In this document: positions 9,546 to 18,470 of the stretch, piece by piece
Numbering within the stretch: the first letter of the stretch is position 1
Layout of the letters: every line of letters begins with the position of its first letter
Assembly (NCBI GenBank): GCA_016875405.1
Contig: VGRJ01000016.1
Location: 1,128-65,127 of the forward strand
Direction of reading: 5' to 3'
Length of the DNA stretch: 64,000 nt
Source of the DNA: Deltaproteobacteria bacterium
GTDB taxonomy: Bacteria; Myxococcota_A; Polyangia; Polyangiales; Polyangiaceae
Position numbers and translations under genes: made by a program
Notes under the pieces: model-generated
Database searches by the model: none
What the model saw: only the letters and a program-made list of their open reading frames with translations
Told to the model about the DNA's origin: nothing

Positions 9546-9842
9546 TCAACGCCCCGGTTGCAACACTGACTGAAACTCGGTCCAGCTCACACACTTGTCG
9601 CCGTTCGTGACCATCTTATTCGGGACGCCGTCGGCCCAAGCGCCGCGCGTCACCCAGTTGCCAATGCCGGCGTCGTCGAGGAGCTTGATGAGCTGGTCGC
9701 GGTCGACGACCGCGGTCGAGCCCGACGAGTAATGGTCGAAGGCTCGACGCCAATCGGACTTGAAGCGCGAGTCGACGAGACGGGTGACCTTCTCGATGAG
9801 CTCTGCCTCCTCGAGGGACGAACGAACGGTCGCACTGGACAT
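9546..9842 (-). CDS. Small (98 aa) hypothetical protein, degenerate EF-hand-pair-like
   Basis: ATG at 9842 is preceded by GGAGATCGTC. Good GC3 bias. Helix-loop-helix-like segments (VVDRDQLIKLLDDAG; TNGDKCVSWTEFQSVL) lack full Ca-ligand sets. Confidence 0.5.
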   Translation of the reverse strand: MSSATVRSSLEEAELIEKVTRLVDSRFKSDWRRAFDHYSSGSTAVVDRDQLIKLLDDAGIGNWVTRGAWADGVPNKMVTNGDKCVSWTEFQSVLQPGR

Positions 9843-9930
9843 GACGATCTCCGCGGAAGGGTTGAAAGAGCCGTCACGTTGGCACGCGCTCGCCCGAAAT
9901 GAAAACCCCACGTACGCTCGGTCGCGGACG

Positions 9931-10773
9931 TCAGACCTTCGTGATGGCGTCCCAGTGCTCCGCGATCTCGGTCGCCGACCAGACCTCGGTGCCCTCCTTG
10001 AACCGCCCCTTCGACTCGACGACCTTGTAGGCGTACATCCGGCTCCCGCTGACCGCGAGCACGTGACCCGTGCGATCCGAGCAGAGCGACGACCCGAGGA
10101 ACAAGGCCGCCGGCGCGATGTGCTCGGGCGTCAGCGAGTCGATCCCCTGGAACATGGGGAGGTCCTCCGTCATCCGCGTCTTCGCGATCGGAGCTACCGC
10201 GTTGACGGTGATGCGGTGCTTCTGCAGCTCGATCGCGGCCGTGCGCGTCAATCCATAGATGCCGGCCTTGGCGGCGGCGTAGTTCGCCTGGCCGAAGTTC
10301 CCGAGCATGCCGGAGACGCTCGTCGTGTTGACGATCCGGCCGCCCTCCCCTTGGGCCATCATCTGCTTCGCCGCGGCTTGCGAACAGAGGAACGTCCCCT
10401 TGAGGTGAACGTCGACGACCGAGTCCCACATCTCTTCGGTCATCTTGACGATCGACTTGTCGCGAAGAATGCCCGCGTTGTTGACGAGGACGTCCAGCCG
10501 ACCGAAGGCCTCGACCGCCTGCGCGACGATGCGCGCCGCGCCCTCGGGCGTCGCCACCGAATCGAAGCTCGCGACGGCCACGCCACCGGCGGCCTCGATT
10601 TCCGCTACCACGCGACGCGCCGCAGCGTCGCTCGAGCCCACGCCATCGCGCGCGCCCCCGAGGTCGTTCACCACGACCCGCGCGCCCTCGCTCGCGAAGA
10701 GCAGCGCCTCGGCCCTGCCGATCCCGCCGCCCGCCCCCGTCACCACCACTACCTTGCCGTCGAGGAGTCCCAT
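9931..10773 (-). CDS. Short-chain dehydrogenase/reductase (3-hydroxyacyl-CoA dehydrogenase-like SDR)
   Basis: Rossmann motif VVVVTGAGGGIGRAEA. NNAG (VNNAGIL). Catalytic YxxxK (ANYAAAKAG). Start taken at MGLLDGK (10773); an upstream start at 10812 is possible. Confidence 0.9.
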   Translation of the reverse strand: MGLLDGKVVVVTGAGGGIGRAEALLFASEGARVVVNDLGGARDGVGSSDAAARRVVAEIEAAGGVAVASFDSVATPEGAARIVAQAVEAFGRLDVLVNNAGILRDKSIVKMTEEMWDSVVDVHLKGTFLCSQAAAKQMMAQGEGGRIVNTTSVSGMLGNFGQANYAAAKAGIYGLTRTAAIELQKHRITVNAVAPIAKTRMTEDLPMFQGIDSLTPEHIAPAALFLGSSLCSDRTGHVLAVSGSRMYAYKVVESKGRFKEGTEVWSATEIAEHWDAITKV

Positions 10774-10885
10774 GGCGCGCAAGTGTTGCCACGCGGCGAC
10801 CTCGCCGTCCACGCTCCGCTCGCTCGCACCACCCCGTCGCTTCGCCCACGCGCCACGCCTCCGATGGCGCTATGCTACGCGTCCC

Positions 10886-12373
10886 GTGAAGTACCATGCC
10901 TCGCTCCTCTCGGCGGCAGCGCTCAGCCTCCTCGCCGGCTGCTCGGACACTCCCTCAAGCCCAGGTGACGTCACGCAAGTCACCTTCCCCGATGGCATGC
11001 TCTGGGGCAGCGCCACCGCGGGCATGCAGATCGAGAAGGGCCTCGCGGCGACCGACTGGGCGATCTTCTCAAACGAAAGCGGCAACATCCAGGGAGGCGG
11101 TAAGCCCGACGACGGCCCCGATGCGCTCGCGCACGTCGACGCGGACGTGGGCTCGATGGTCGACGCAGGCTTCAACGCCTACCGCTTCTCGATCGAAATG
11201 TCGCGGCTCTACCCGACGCGCGAGAGCTTCGACGCCGACATACCGATCGCCGCAGGCGTCGCCGCCTACGACGAGGTCCTCGCTGCACTGAAGAAGCAGG
11301 GCATCCGGCCGATGGTGACGCTCCACCACTTCTCGTGGCCCGACTACCTGAGCGACCCCTCGAAGCGCAAGGACCCGCAGGGTTGGGAGCGCGAAGACAT
11401 CGTCCCGGTGTTCACCGAGTGGTGCCGCCGCGCCGCGAAGCGCTGGGGCGACGAGGTCGATCTGTGGGTGACGGTGAACGAGCCCAACGTCGAGGCCAAC
11501 GTCGGCTACCTCGCGGGGGTGTTCCCGCCCGGCGTGCTCGACGTCGAGCGCGCAGCCGCCGTGATGCGAGCGCAGGTCCAGGCCCATGCCCGCTGCTACG
11601 ACGCGGTCCACGCGGAGGACCAAAAGGACGCGGACGGAGACGGCGAGACAGCGTCGGTCGGCATCGCGCACCACCAGCGCGTGTACGAGCCGGCCGATCC
11701 CGCGAGCGAGGACGACCTCGCGGCGGCCGAGCGCTCTCGCTATGTGTGGAATCTCTGGATCATGGAGTCGATCGTGCGCGGCAAGGTCGACGACGACTTC
11801 GACGGAGTCCCCGAGAAGGACGATCCCATGCTGGCGGGCCGCGCCGATTTCTACGGTCTCAACTACTACGGACCGTCTCGCGTCGACTCGCGCGGTCTTA
11901 AGTTCAAGTACATCGGCGTCGTCCCCGCGCAGTACGACGTGCAGAACGGACGCCCGAAGACGGACCTCGGCTGGGACATCTACCCAGAGGGCTTCGGCAT
12001 CGTGCTCGATGAGGCCACGGCGTACGGGCTCCCGATCTACATCACCGAGAACGGGCTCGCAGACGAGAAGGACGTGAACCGTGAGCGTTTCGTGGCCGAA
12101 CACCTGTTCGAGCTCGGCAAGGCACGCGCTCGCGGCGCCGACGTGCGGGGCTACCTGCACTGGTCGCTGATAGACAACTTCGAGTGGGCTGCCGGCTACT
12201 GCCCGCGCTTCGGCCTCCTCCGCGTGGACTACGACGATCCGAAGCGCACTCGCACGCCGACCAAGGCCGTCTCGCTCCTGCGCGACCTCGCGGCCTCCAA
12301 CACCCTCGATCGCGCGCTCATCGACGCGCTCCCCGCCTACCAGGACAAGCCGTTCACCTGCGCCGGCTTCTGA
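10886..12373 (+). CDS. GH1 beta-glucosidase, lipoprotein
   Basis: In-frame GTG at 10886 gives VKYHASLLSAAALSLLAGCS (lipobox LAGC). GH1 signatures are TLHHFSWP, acid/base VTVNEPN and nucleophile YITENG. The upstream part of the 642-aa ORF overlaps the SDR gene and looks non-coding. Confidence 0.9.
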   Translation: MKYHASLLSAAALSLLAGCSDTPSSPGDVTQVTFPDGMLWGSATAGMQIEKGLAATDWAIFSNESGNIQGGGKPDDGPDALAHVDADVGSMVDAGFNAYRFSIEMSRLYPTRESFDADIPIAAGVAAYDEVLAALKKQGIRPMVTLHHFSWPDYLSDPSKRKDPQGWEREDIVPVFTEWCRRAAKRWGDEVDLWVTVNEPNVEANVGYLAGVFPPGVLDVERAAAVMRAQVQAHARCYDAVHAEDQKDADGDGETASVGIAHHQRVYEPADPASEDDLAAAERSRYVWNLWIMESIVRGKVDDDFDGVPEKDDPMLAGRADFYGLNYYGPSRVDSRGLKFKYIGVVPAQYDVQNGRPKTDLGWDIYPEGFGIVLDEATAYGLPIYITENGLADEKDVNRERFVAEHLFELGKARARGADVRGYLHWSLIDNFEWAAGYCPRFGLLRVDYDDPKRTRTPTKAVSLLRDLAASNTLDRALIDALPAYQDKPFTCAGF

Positions 12374-12400
12374 TCCAAGACGCACCCACGAGAGCCGACG

Positions 12401-14389
12401 ATGAGCCGGACCTTCTACGTCTCGACGCCGATCTACTACATCAACGACGTCCCCCACCTCGGGAGCGCGTACACCACGGTCGCCGCGGACGTCCTGCGGC
12501 GCTACCACGCGCTGCGCGGCGACGACGCGTTCTTCCTCACCGGAACCGACGAGCACGGGCTCAAGATCCAGCGCGCGGCCGAGGAGCGCGGGATCGCTTC
12601 CCAGGCGCTCGCCGACGACGTGAGCCGCATTTTCGAGGAGACCTGGCCCCAGCTCGGATGCGCGCCGAACGACTTCGTGCGGACGAGCTCCGAGCGACAC
12701 AAACGCGGCGTGCAAGAGCTGTGGAAGCGCATCGCAGACCGCGGCGACATCTACCTCGGTCACTACGAGGGGCTCTATTGCGTCGGTTGTGAAGGCTACT
12801 ACACCGAGAAGGAGCTCGAGCAGCCGGGGAACGTCTGCCCGATTCATAAGAAGCCCGCCGAGGTCGTGAAGGAAGAGAGCTATTTTTTTCGCCTCTCGAA
12901 CTACGGCGAACGCCTCCTACGCTTCTACGAAGAGCACCCGACGTTCGTCGAGCCAGAGGGCCGCATGAACGAGGTCAAAAGCTTCGTCGCGAGCGGGCTT
13001 CAGGATCTCTCGGTTTCGCGGACGACCTTCAACTGGGGCGTCCCGGTCCCCGGCGATCCGCGCCACGTGATGTACGTTTGGTTCGACGCCCTCTCAAATT
13101 ATTGGACCGCCCTTCAGGAGCCCTCGAAGCACGCCAGGTACTGGCCCCCGACGGTGCACCTCGTCGGCAAGGACATCTTGCGTTTTCACGCGGTGTACTG
13201 GCCCGCGTTCCTCATGGCCGCCGGCTTCTCGGACGCCGAGCTCCCGAAGAAAGTGCTCGCGCACGGGTTTCTCACCTACGGCGGTCACAAAATGAGCAAG
13301 TCGCTGCGCAACACCGTGAGCCCGGTCGCGCTCGCGGAGGCGGTGTCGCCGAGCGTTGGGGTCGACGTCGTGCGCTACTGCCTGATGCGCTCGATCTCGT
13401 TCGGCAACGACGGGGACTTCTCGATCGACGACGTCCTGTCCCGCTACGGCACCGACCTCGGCAACACCTTCGGGAACCTCTTGCACCGCATCCACCCATT
13501 CGCCGGCGAGACGCTCGCACCGGCGAACGATGGGCCGCTCGAGGCCGACCTGCGGGCGGCCGCTCGAACCGCCGCGAGGGCGGCGGCCGAGGCCTTCGAC
13601 GCGAGCTCGCCGACTCGCGCTCTCGAGGCGATCTGGCTGGGGCTCATGGCCGCCAACGCCTACATCGACAAGGCGGCTCCCTGGTCGGCGCGCAAGCATG
13701 GTGACGAGGCGCGCGTCGCCGCGATCGTGACGGCGATGGCGGAGACGCTCGAGGCATACACCGTGATGGTCGCGCCGGTGATGCCGAAGGTCGCGGAGCT
13801 GATGCGCGCGCAGCTCGGCCTCGAGGCGCTGACGCCTGCCATTGGACGCGACGCGTGGCCGTTCGAGACACCGACGCGCGTGCCCGAGAGCAAGCTCGTG
13901 AAGGGCGACCCGGTCTTCCCGCGGCACGACAAGGACGTCGCCGCGGCGCTCAAGCAACAGTTCTCTCCACCCTCTGAGGACGCGAAGCCGATGAACGCTC
14001 CTGCCGAGACCACGACCGAGTCGAGGCCCGTCGCCACGACGGCGCCCGCTGAGATGAAGGCCGAGATCAGCTACGAGGACTTCGCGAAGATCGATCTCAG
14101 GGTCGGCGTGGTCGTCGCGGCAGAGCGCATTCCGCGCAAGGACCGGCTCCTGTCGCTGAAGGTCGACGTCGGTGAGCCCGCGCCGCGCAGCATCATCGCC
14201 GGCATCGCCCTCGCCTACACGCCGGAGGAGGTACTCGGCAAGCGCATCGCGGTGCTCTGCAACCTCGCGCCGCGCGACTTCGGCAAGGGGCTCGTGTCGC
14301 ACGGGATGCTGATGGCCGCATCGCACGACAGCGTGCTGAAGCTCGTCGCGGTGCCCGACGAGCTCCCGCCCGGGTCGCCAATCAAGTAA
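12401..14389 (+). CDS. metG: Methionine--tRNA ligase with C-terminal EMAP/Trbp111-like tRNA-binding domain
   Basis: HIGH-type motif (PHLGSAYT), KMSKS (GGHKMSKSL), a CxxC..CPxH zinc knuckle, and a C-terminal KIDLRVGVVVAAERIP..LKVDVGE OB-fold. Confidence 0.97.
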   Translation: MSRTFYVSTPIYYINDVPHLGSAYTTVAADVLRRYHALRGDDAFFLTGTDEHGLKIQRAAEERGIASQALADDVSRIFEETWPQLGCAPNDFVRTSSERHKRGVQELWKRIADRGDIYLGHYEGLYCVGCEGYYTEKELEQPGNVCPIHKKPAEVVKEESYFFRLSNYGERLLRFYEEHPTFVEPEGRMNEVKSFVASGLQDLSVSRTTFNWGVPVPGDPRHVMYVWFDALSNYWTALQEPSKHARYWPPTVHLVGKDILRFHAVYWPAFLMAAGFSDAELPKKVLAHGFLTYGGHKMSKSLRNTVSPVALAEAVSPSVGVDVVRYCLMRSISFGNDGDFSIDDVLSRYGTDLGNTFGNLLHRIHPFAGETLAPANDGPLEADLRAAARTAARAAAEAFDASSPTRALEAIWLGLMAANAYIDKAAPWSARKHGDEARVAAIVTAMAETLEAYTVMVAPVMPKVAELMRAQLGLEALTPAIGRDAWPFETPTRVPESKLVKGDPVFPRHDKDVAAALKQQFSPPSEDAKPMNAPAETTTESRPVATTAPAEMKAEISYEDFAKIDLRVGVVVAAERIPRKDRLLSLKVDVGEPAPRSIIAGIALAYTPEEVLGKRIAVLCNLAPRDFGKGLVSHGMLMAASHDSVLKLVAVPDELPPGSPIK

Positions 14390-14448
14390 TCAAGGGAAGC
14401 CTAACGTCGACGTCGCAGGGTCGTGAGGGGCGCCCCGGCGACGCGTCG

Positions 14449-14907
14449 TCATGGGCCGACGCGGGCGAGGATGCCAACGCCGCGCCACGGCTCGGTCTTG
14501 CCCTCGTAGACGATGCGGTTCGGGGTCTCGAAGCGGGCCCAGCACTCGGTCTCGATCCCCTGCTCGTCAGCGATCCAAACCTTGAACGTCTCGCCGATCG
14601 GAGGCGAGAGACGGTAGGCGCGGTCGAACGAGTAGGCCGGGCTCGCGCTCTTCGCTCGGCGACCATCGAAGCGCACCACTACAGGCGCGCGCTGAAGGCC
14701 CATGAGGAGCACGCCGGTGAGCGGCAGCTCGGGCGTGTAACTCACCATCTGCCACGTGCCGACCACCGCACCATCGAGCGCGAGGAGCGCCTCCTCGCTC
14801 GGGTCATTGACGGGCGCGCTCGAGCGCCCGCAGCTCCACAGCGAAGCCGCGAAGACGAGCGCTGAGAGACCCACCGTGTACCCCACCCCTTCGACGCTAG
14901 CGCGCAC
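14449..14907 (-). CDS. Hypothetical small lipoprotein
   Basis: 152-codon ORF with GC3 bias. Signal and lipobox: GLSALVFAASLWSCG. No family recognised. The start is GTG and uncertain. Confidence 0.55.
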   Translation of the reverse strand: MRASVEGVGYTVGLSALVFAASLWSCGRSSAPVNDPSEEALLALDGAVVGTWQMVSYTPELPLTGVLLMGLQRAPVVVRFDGRRAKSASPAYSFDRAYRLSPPIGETFKVWIADEQGIETECWARFETPNRIVYEGKTEPWRGVGILARVGP

Positions 14908-14961
14908 GCGGCCGGAGCGCGAGCACGGAAGACCCGACCGTCCTCGGGACGCCGCGTCGAC

Positions 14962-16353
14962 TCAGCCCCCGTCGCTCGACTCGACGCGAGCCCGCAAGGA
15001 GCCTTCGCCGAGACGCACGTCCACGACGTCGCCCGCCGTCACCTCGGACGCCCGACGCACGACCCGGCCTGCGGTCGTCGCGATCGCGTAACCGCGCGAA
15101 AGCACCGCGAGCGGTGACAGCGCGTCGAGCCGCGCAGCCGCCTCGCCGAGCTCCGCCCGCCTTGCCTCGAGCCGCCGATGCAGCGCAGCCTCGAGGCGTG
15201 GCGACAGCGCCTCGAGCCGACCGCGCGCGGTCGCGAGCACGCGGCGAGGATCCTCTGCGGAGAGCCTGCGCCGCGCGTCCGCGAGACCGTCTCGCCTCAC
15301 TCGGAGCGCGCGCTCCATCGAGCGGCGGAGCGCCTCGAGGTCATCGTCGAGCCGCTGCGAGGCGCTGTCGAGCCGATCGCGTGGACGCGCGAGCTTTCGC
15401 TCGATGAGCTCGAGGGCACGGCGATGCTGCGTCAGCCGATGGCGAACGCTCGACCCGAGTCGGCGCGTCAGGTGCTCGAGCGTGGAGCGTCGGTCCTCGA
15501 CGCTTGGGACGAGCAACTCGGCCGCCTGTGACGGCGTCGCCGCGCGCACGTCGGCGGCGAGATCCGCGAGCGAGGTGTCGATCTCGTGCCCGATCGCGGT
15601 GACGATCGGCTTGTCGGCCGCGGCGATCGCGCGCACCAGCGTCTCGTCGTTGTAGGCAGCGAGGTCCTCGAGGGAGCCGCCTCCACGCGTCACCACGATC
15701 ACGTCGATGTCCGGCAACCGGTCGGCCCAGCGCAGCGCGCGGGCGATACGCTCCCCGGCGCCCTGCCCTTGAACCGGCGTCGGCACGAGCAGGATCTCGA
15801 TCGGGCCGCGCGCGAACGCAACCCGCCGAATGTCGTGGATCGCAGCGCCATCGCGGCTCGTGAGCACGGCGATTCGGCGCGGCTCTCGAGGCAACGGCTT
15901 CTTCTGCGCCGGGTCGAAGAGCCCCTCGGCCGCGAGCGCAACCTTCAGACGCTCGAGCGCCGCGAGCAGCTCGCCGCGTCCGATGTCGAGCACCCCCTCG
16001 GCGACGAGCTGAAGCCGCCCTCGTGGCGCGTACACCGTGACGCGCCCCTCGACGACGACGCGCGCGCCATCCACGATCCGCGGGCCACCGCGTGACGTCG
16101 CGCCGCGATACATCACGCAATCGATGAGCGCGTCCTCACGCTCGTCCTTCAGCGCGAAGTAGATGTGCCCGCTGGTCGCCCGACTCGTCCCACGGACCTC
16201 GCCCGAGACCCGCACATTCTGGGTCGCGCCCTCGACGAGCTGCTTCAGCATACGATCGAGCGCGGCGACGCCGAGCACCTCGCGTTCCTCGCGCCCGCCC
16301 GGGAGCTCGCCAAAGGCGATCTCGAACTGGGGAGGGGCGCCGCGCTTCGTCAC
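14962..16353 (-). CDS. xseA: Exodeoxyribonuclease VII large subunit
   Basis: N-terminal OB-fold segment (VRVSGEVRGTSRATSGHIYFALKDE), the catalytic central region and a long C-terminal coiled helix typical of XseA. The GTG start is uncertain by a few codons. Confidence 0.9.
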   Translation of the reverse strand: MTKRGAPPQFEIAFGELPGGREEREVLGVAALDRMLKQLVEGATQNVRVSGEVRGTSRATSGHIYFALKDEREDALIDCVMYRGATSRGGPRIVDGARVVVEGRVTVYAPRGRLQLVAEGVLDIGRGELLAALERLKVALAAEGLFDPAQKKPLPREPRRIAVLTSRDGAAIHDIRRVAFARGPIEILLVPTPVQGQGAGERIARALRWADRLPDIDVIVVTRGGGSLEDLAAYNDETLVRAIAAADKPIVTAIGHEIDTSLADLAADVRAATPSQAAELLVPSVEDRRSTLEHLTRRLGSSVRHRLTQHRRALELIERKLARPRDRLDSASQRLDDDLEALRRSMERALRVRRDGLADARRRLSAEDPRRVLATARGRLEALSPRLEAALHRRLEARRAELGEAAARLDALSPLAVLSRGYAIATTAGRVVRRASEVTAGDVVDVRLGEGSLRARVESSDGG

Positions 16354-16443
16354 GCTCTCGTCCTACACTGGTTCGCGATCGGTGGCGATGCGCCCGACGC
16401 CGTGCCTCGCCAGCACCAGCGGGCCTGTGGTAATCCCTTCGTC

Positions 16444-17940
16444 GTGTTTCGCAAGGTCCTGATCGCCAACCGCGGCGAGATCGCCGTCCGCATCATCCGA
16501 ACGCTCCGTGAAATGGGCATCGCGACGGTCGCCGTCTACAGCGACGCCGACCGCGAGGCGCTGCACGTTCGGCTCGCCGACGAGGCCGTGCACATCGGGC
16601 CGCCGGCGCCGCGCGAGAGCTACCTCTGCATCGACAAGATCCTTGGCGCGGCCAAGCGAACCGGCGCCGAGGCGATTCATCCGGGCTACGGCTTTCTCTC
16701 TGAAAATGCTGGATTTTCGGCCGCGTGCGCCGAGGCCGGGGTGGTGTTCATCGGTCCGCCGGCGTCTGCGATCGAGGCGATGGGCAGCAAGACCGCCGCG
16801 CGTGAGCGCATGATCGCAGCCGGTGTCCCGGTCGTCCCGGGCGGCAACGCCGACACCGTCGAGGAGGCCCTCACGACCGCGCGCCGCATCGGCTTCCCGG
16901 TGATGGTGAAAGCCGCGATGGGCGGAGGCGGCAAGGGCATGCGCCTGTGCATGCATGAGGAGGACCTCGAGCGCGCCGTCGAGCGCGCCCGCAGCGAGGC
17001 GCAGAAGGCCTTCGGCGACGGGAAGGTCTACCTCGAGAAGGCGATCTTGAAGCCGCGCCACGTCGAGGTGCAGGTGCTCGGTGACAAGCACGGCAACGTC
17101 GTCCACCTGTTCGAGCGCGACTGTTCGATCCAGCGCCGGCACCAGAAGGTGGTTGAGGAGACTCCCTGCCCGGCCGCGTCCGACGAGCTCGTCCGCGAGA
17201 TGGGCGAGGTCGCGGTGCGCGCCGCAAAGGCGGTCGACTACTGCTCGGCGGGGACGATCGAGTTCCTGCTCGATCAGGATGGAGGCTTCTACTTCCTCGA
17301 GATGAACACGCGCTTGCAGGTCGAGCACCCCATCACCGAGTGGGTGACCGGCCTCGACCTCGTCCGCGAGATGGTCCGCGTCGCCTGGGGCGAGCCGCTC
17401 GGCTACGGCCAAGAGCAGGTGACGCGCCGCGGCGCGGCGATCGAGGTCCGCGTCTACGCAGAGGATCCGGCGACCGGGTTCTTGCCGAGCCCCGGCAAGG
17501 TGACGACGCTCGTGACCCCGAACGGGCCCTTCCTCCGCGACGACGGCGGCGTGTACGCAGGCGCCGAGGTGTCGAGCTACTACGACCCGCTGATCAGCAA
17601 GCTCAGCGTGTGGGCTCCGACGCGCGCGCTGGCGGTCGAGCGGATGCGTCGTGCGCTGGGGGAATACGTGGTGAGCGGGATCCGCACGAACCTCCCCTTC
17701 CACGAGCGGCTCTTCCGCCACGCCGCGTTCGTCGAGGGGCGGTACCACACCGGCTTCATCGACGAGCACAAGCGCGCGCTCTTGCGCGGCGAGGACGAGG
17801 CTCCCGCCGACGAGGCGGCGCTCGCGATCGCGTTGGCGGTCGCGGTATCGCGAAAGCAGAAGCGGGTCGAGCCCATCGCCGAGAACTCAAGCGGGACGTC
17901 GCCCTGGCTCGCGCAACACCGCGCTCGCCTTCTCCGCTGA
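16444..17940 (+). CDS. accC: Biotin carboxylase (ATP-grasp), stand-alone
   Basis: (M)FRKVLIANRGEIAVRIIRT, GYGFLSEN, MVKAAMGGGGKGMR and IEFLLD..FYFLEMNTRLQVEHPITE. The start was chosen at in-frame GTG 16444. No BCCP or accB is adjacent. It has a ~50-aa C-terminal tail. Confidence 0.88.
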   Translation: MFRKVLIANRGEIAVRIIRTLREMGIATVAVYSDADREALHVRLADEAVHIGPPAPRESYLCIDKILGAAKRTGAEAIHPGYGFLSENAGFSAACAEAGVVFIGPPASAIEAMGSKTAARERMIAAGVPVVPGGNADTVEEALTTARRIGFPVMVKAAMGGGGKGMRLCMHEEDLERAVERARSEAQKAFGDGKVYLEKAILKPRHVEVQVLGDKHGNVVHLFERDCSIQRRHQKVVEETPCPAASDELVREMGEVAVRAAKAVDYCSAGTIEFLLDQDGGFYFLEMNTRLQVEHPITEWVTGLDLVREMVRVAWGEPLGYGQEQVTRRGAAIEVRVYAEDPATGFLPSPGKVTTLVTPNGPFLRDDGGVYAGAEVSSYYDPLISKLSVWAPTRALAVERMRRALGEYVVSGIRTNLPFHERLFRHAAFVEGRYHTGFIDEHKRALLRGEDEAPADEAALAIALAVAVSRKQKRVEPIAENSSGTSPWLAQHRARLLR

Positions 17941-17950
17941 GGGTGGAGCC

Positions 17951-18403
17951 TCAGCGGCTCGTTCGACGGAGCCCCCGGCGATCGAGCCACTGCTGGAGCA
18001 CGATCGCGGCCGAGGCACTGTCGACTCCGGCGCGCACCTCGTCGCGGCGCTTGCCCTGCTCCTTCAATCGGCGTGTCGCCTCGACGGTGGTGAGCCGCTC
18101 GTCGACCAGCTCGACCGCGCAACCGGTCTCGTCCGCGAGCTTCTGACAGAACCGCATCGCGCGCTGCGCCGCGACACCCTCACCCCCACGCAAATCGAGC
18201 GGGAGACCGACGAGGAAGCGCTCCACCCCTTCGCTCCTCGCGAGGTGGCCGAGCGCGACGAGCAGCCCCTTCAAGCTGCTACCGTCGAGGGCAGGCCTCG
18301 GGTGCGCGAGGAGCCCGAGCTCGTCGGAGAGCGCGAGGCCGACTCGAGCCTTGCCGAGATCGATGGCGGCGACGCGCCCGCGGGGGTCACGGAATGTGGA
18401 CAT
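17951..18403 (-). CDS. ruvX: Putative pre-16S rRNA nuclease / Holliday-junction resolvase-like YqgF
   Basis: RVAAIDLGKARVGLALSDELGLLAHP, ..VGLPL..GGEG and ..VELVDERLTT are typical YqgF blocks. Confidence 0.9.
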   Translation of the reverse strand: MSTFRDPRGRVAAIDLGKARVGLALSDELGLLAHPRPALDGSSLKGLLVALGHLARSEGVERFLVGLPLDLRGGEGVAAQRAMRFCQKLADETGCAVELVDERLTTVEATRRLKEQGKRRDEVRAGVDSASAAIVLQQWLDRRGLRRTSR

Positions 18404-18470
18404 GTCAATCGGCCGGCCGCGGCCACCAGGGCTTGACCCGGAGCCATGCTCCTACCATAAGCCGTCGCTC

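Noticed and set aside
9219-9610. ORFs reading through the 39-bp tandem repeat: 9219-9524(-) with SAADAASRAE repeats, and 9236-9610(+) with PQPARRRQPQS repeats.
   Set aside because: Neither has a convincing ribosome-binding site or the codon bias of flanking genes. The minus ORF would run into the TonB-like gene start. I treat the region as a non-coding repeat and flag it for ribosome profiling.
11069-12847. 592-aa minus-strand ORF spanning the GH1 and metG genes. Similar long ORFs occur at 1156-2019(-), 16363-17769(-), 19664-21625(-), 27724-29559(-), 36346-37926(-), 43275-44756(-) and 56650-58752(+).
   Set aside because: They are antisense or alternate-frame ORFs kept open by the scarcity of AT-rich stop codons. 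Their translations are Arg/Val/Asp/Gly-rich with no motifs. Each is fully covered by a gene with clear family signatures and the expected third-position GC bias.
16444-17940. Stand-alone accC without adjacent accB as an anomaly.
   Set aside because: Separation of biotin carboxylase from BCCP genes is common outside Enterobacteria. The enzyme may also serve another biotin-dependent carboxylase. Not unusual enough to report as a finding.
18433-18461. TTGACC ... TACCAT/CATAAG promoter-like elements upstream of hisS.
   Set aside because: Spacing to the better -10 candidate is only 14 nt, and the alternative -10 is poor. Support is not enough for a call.
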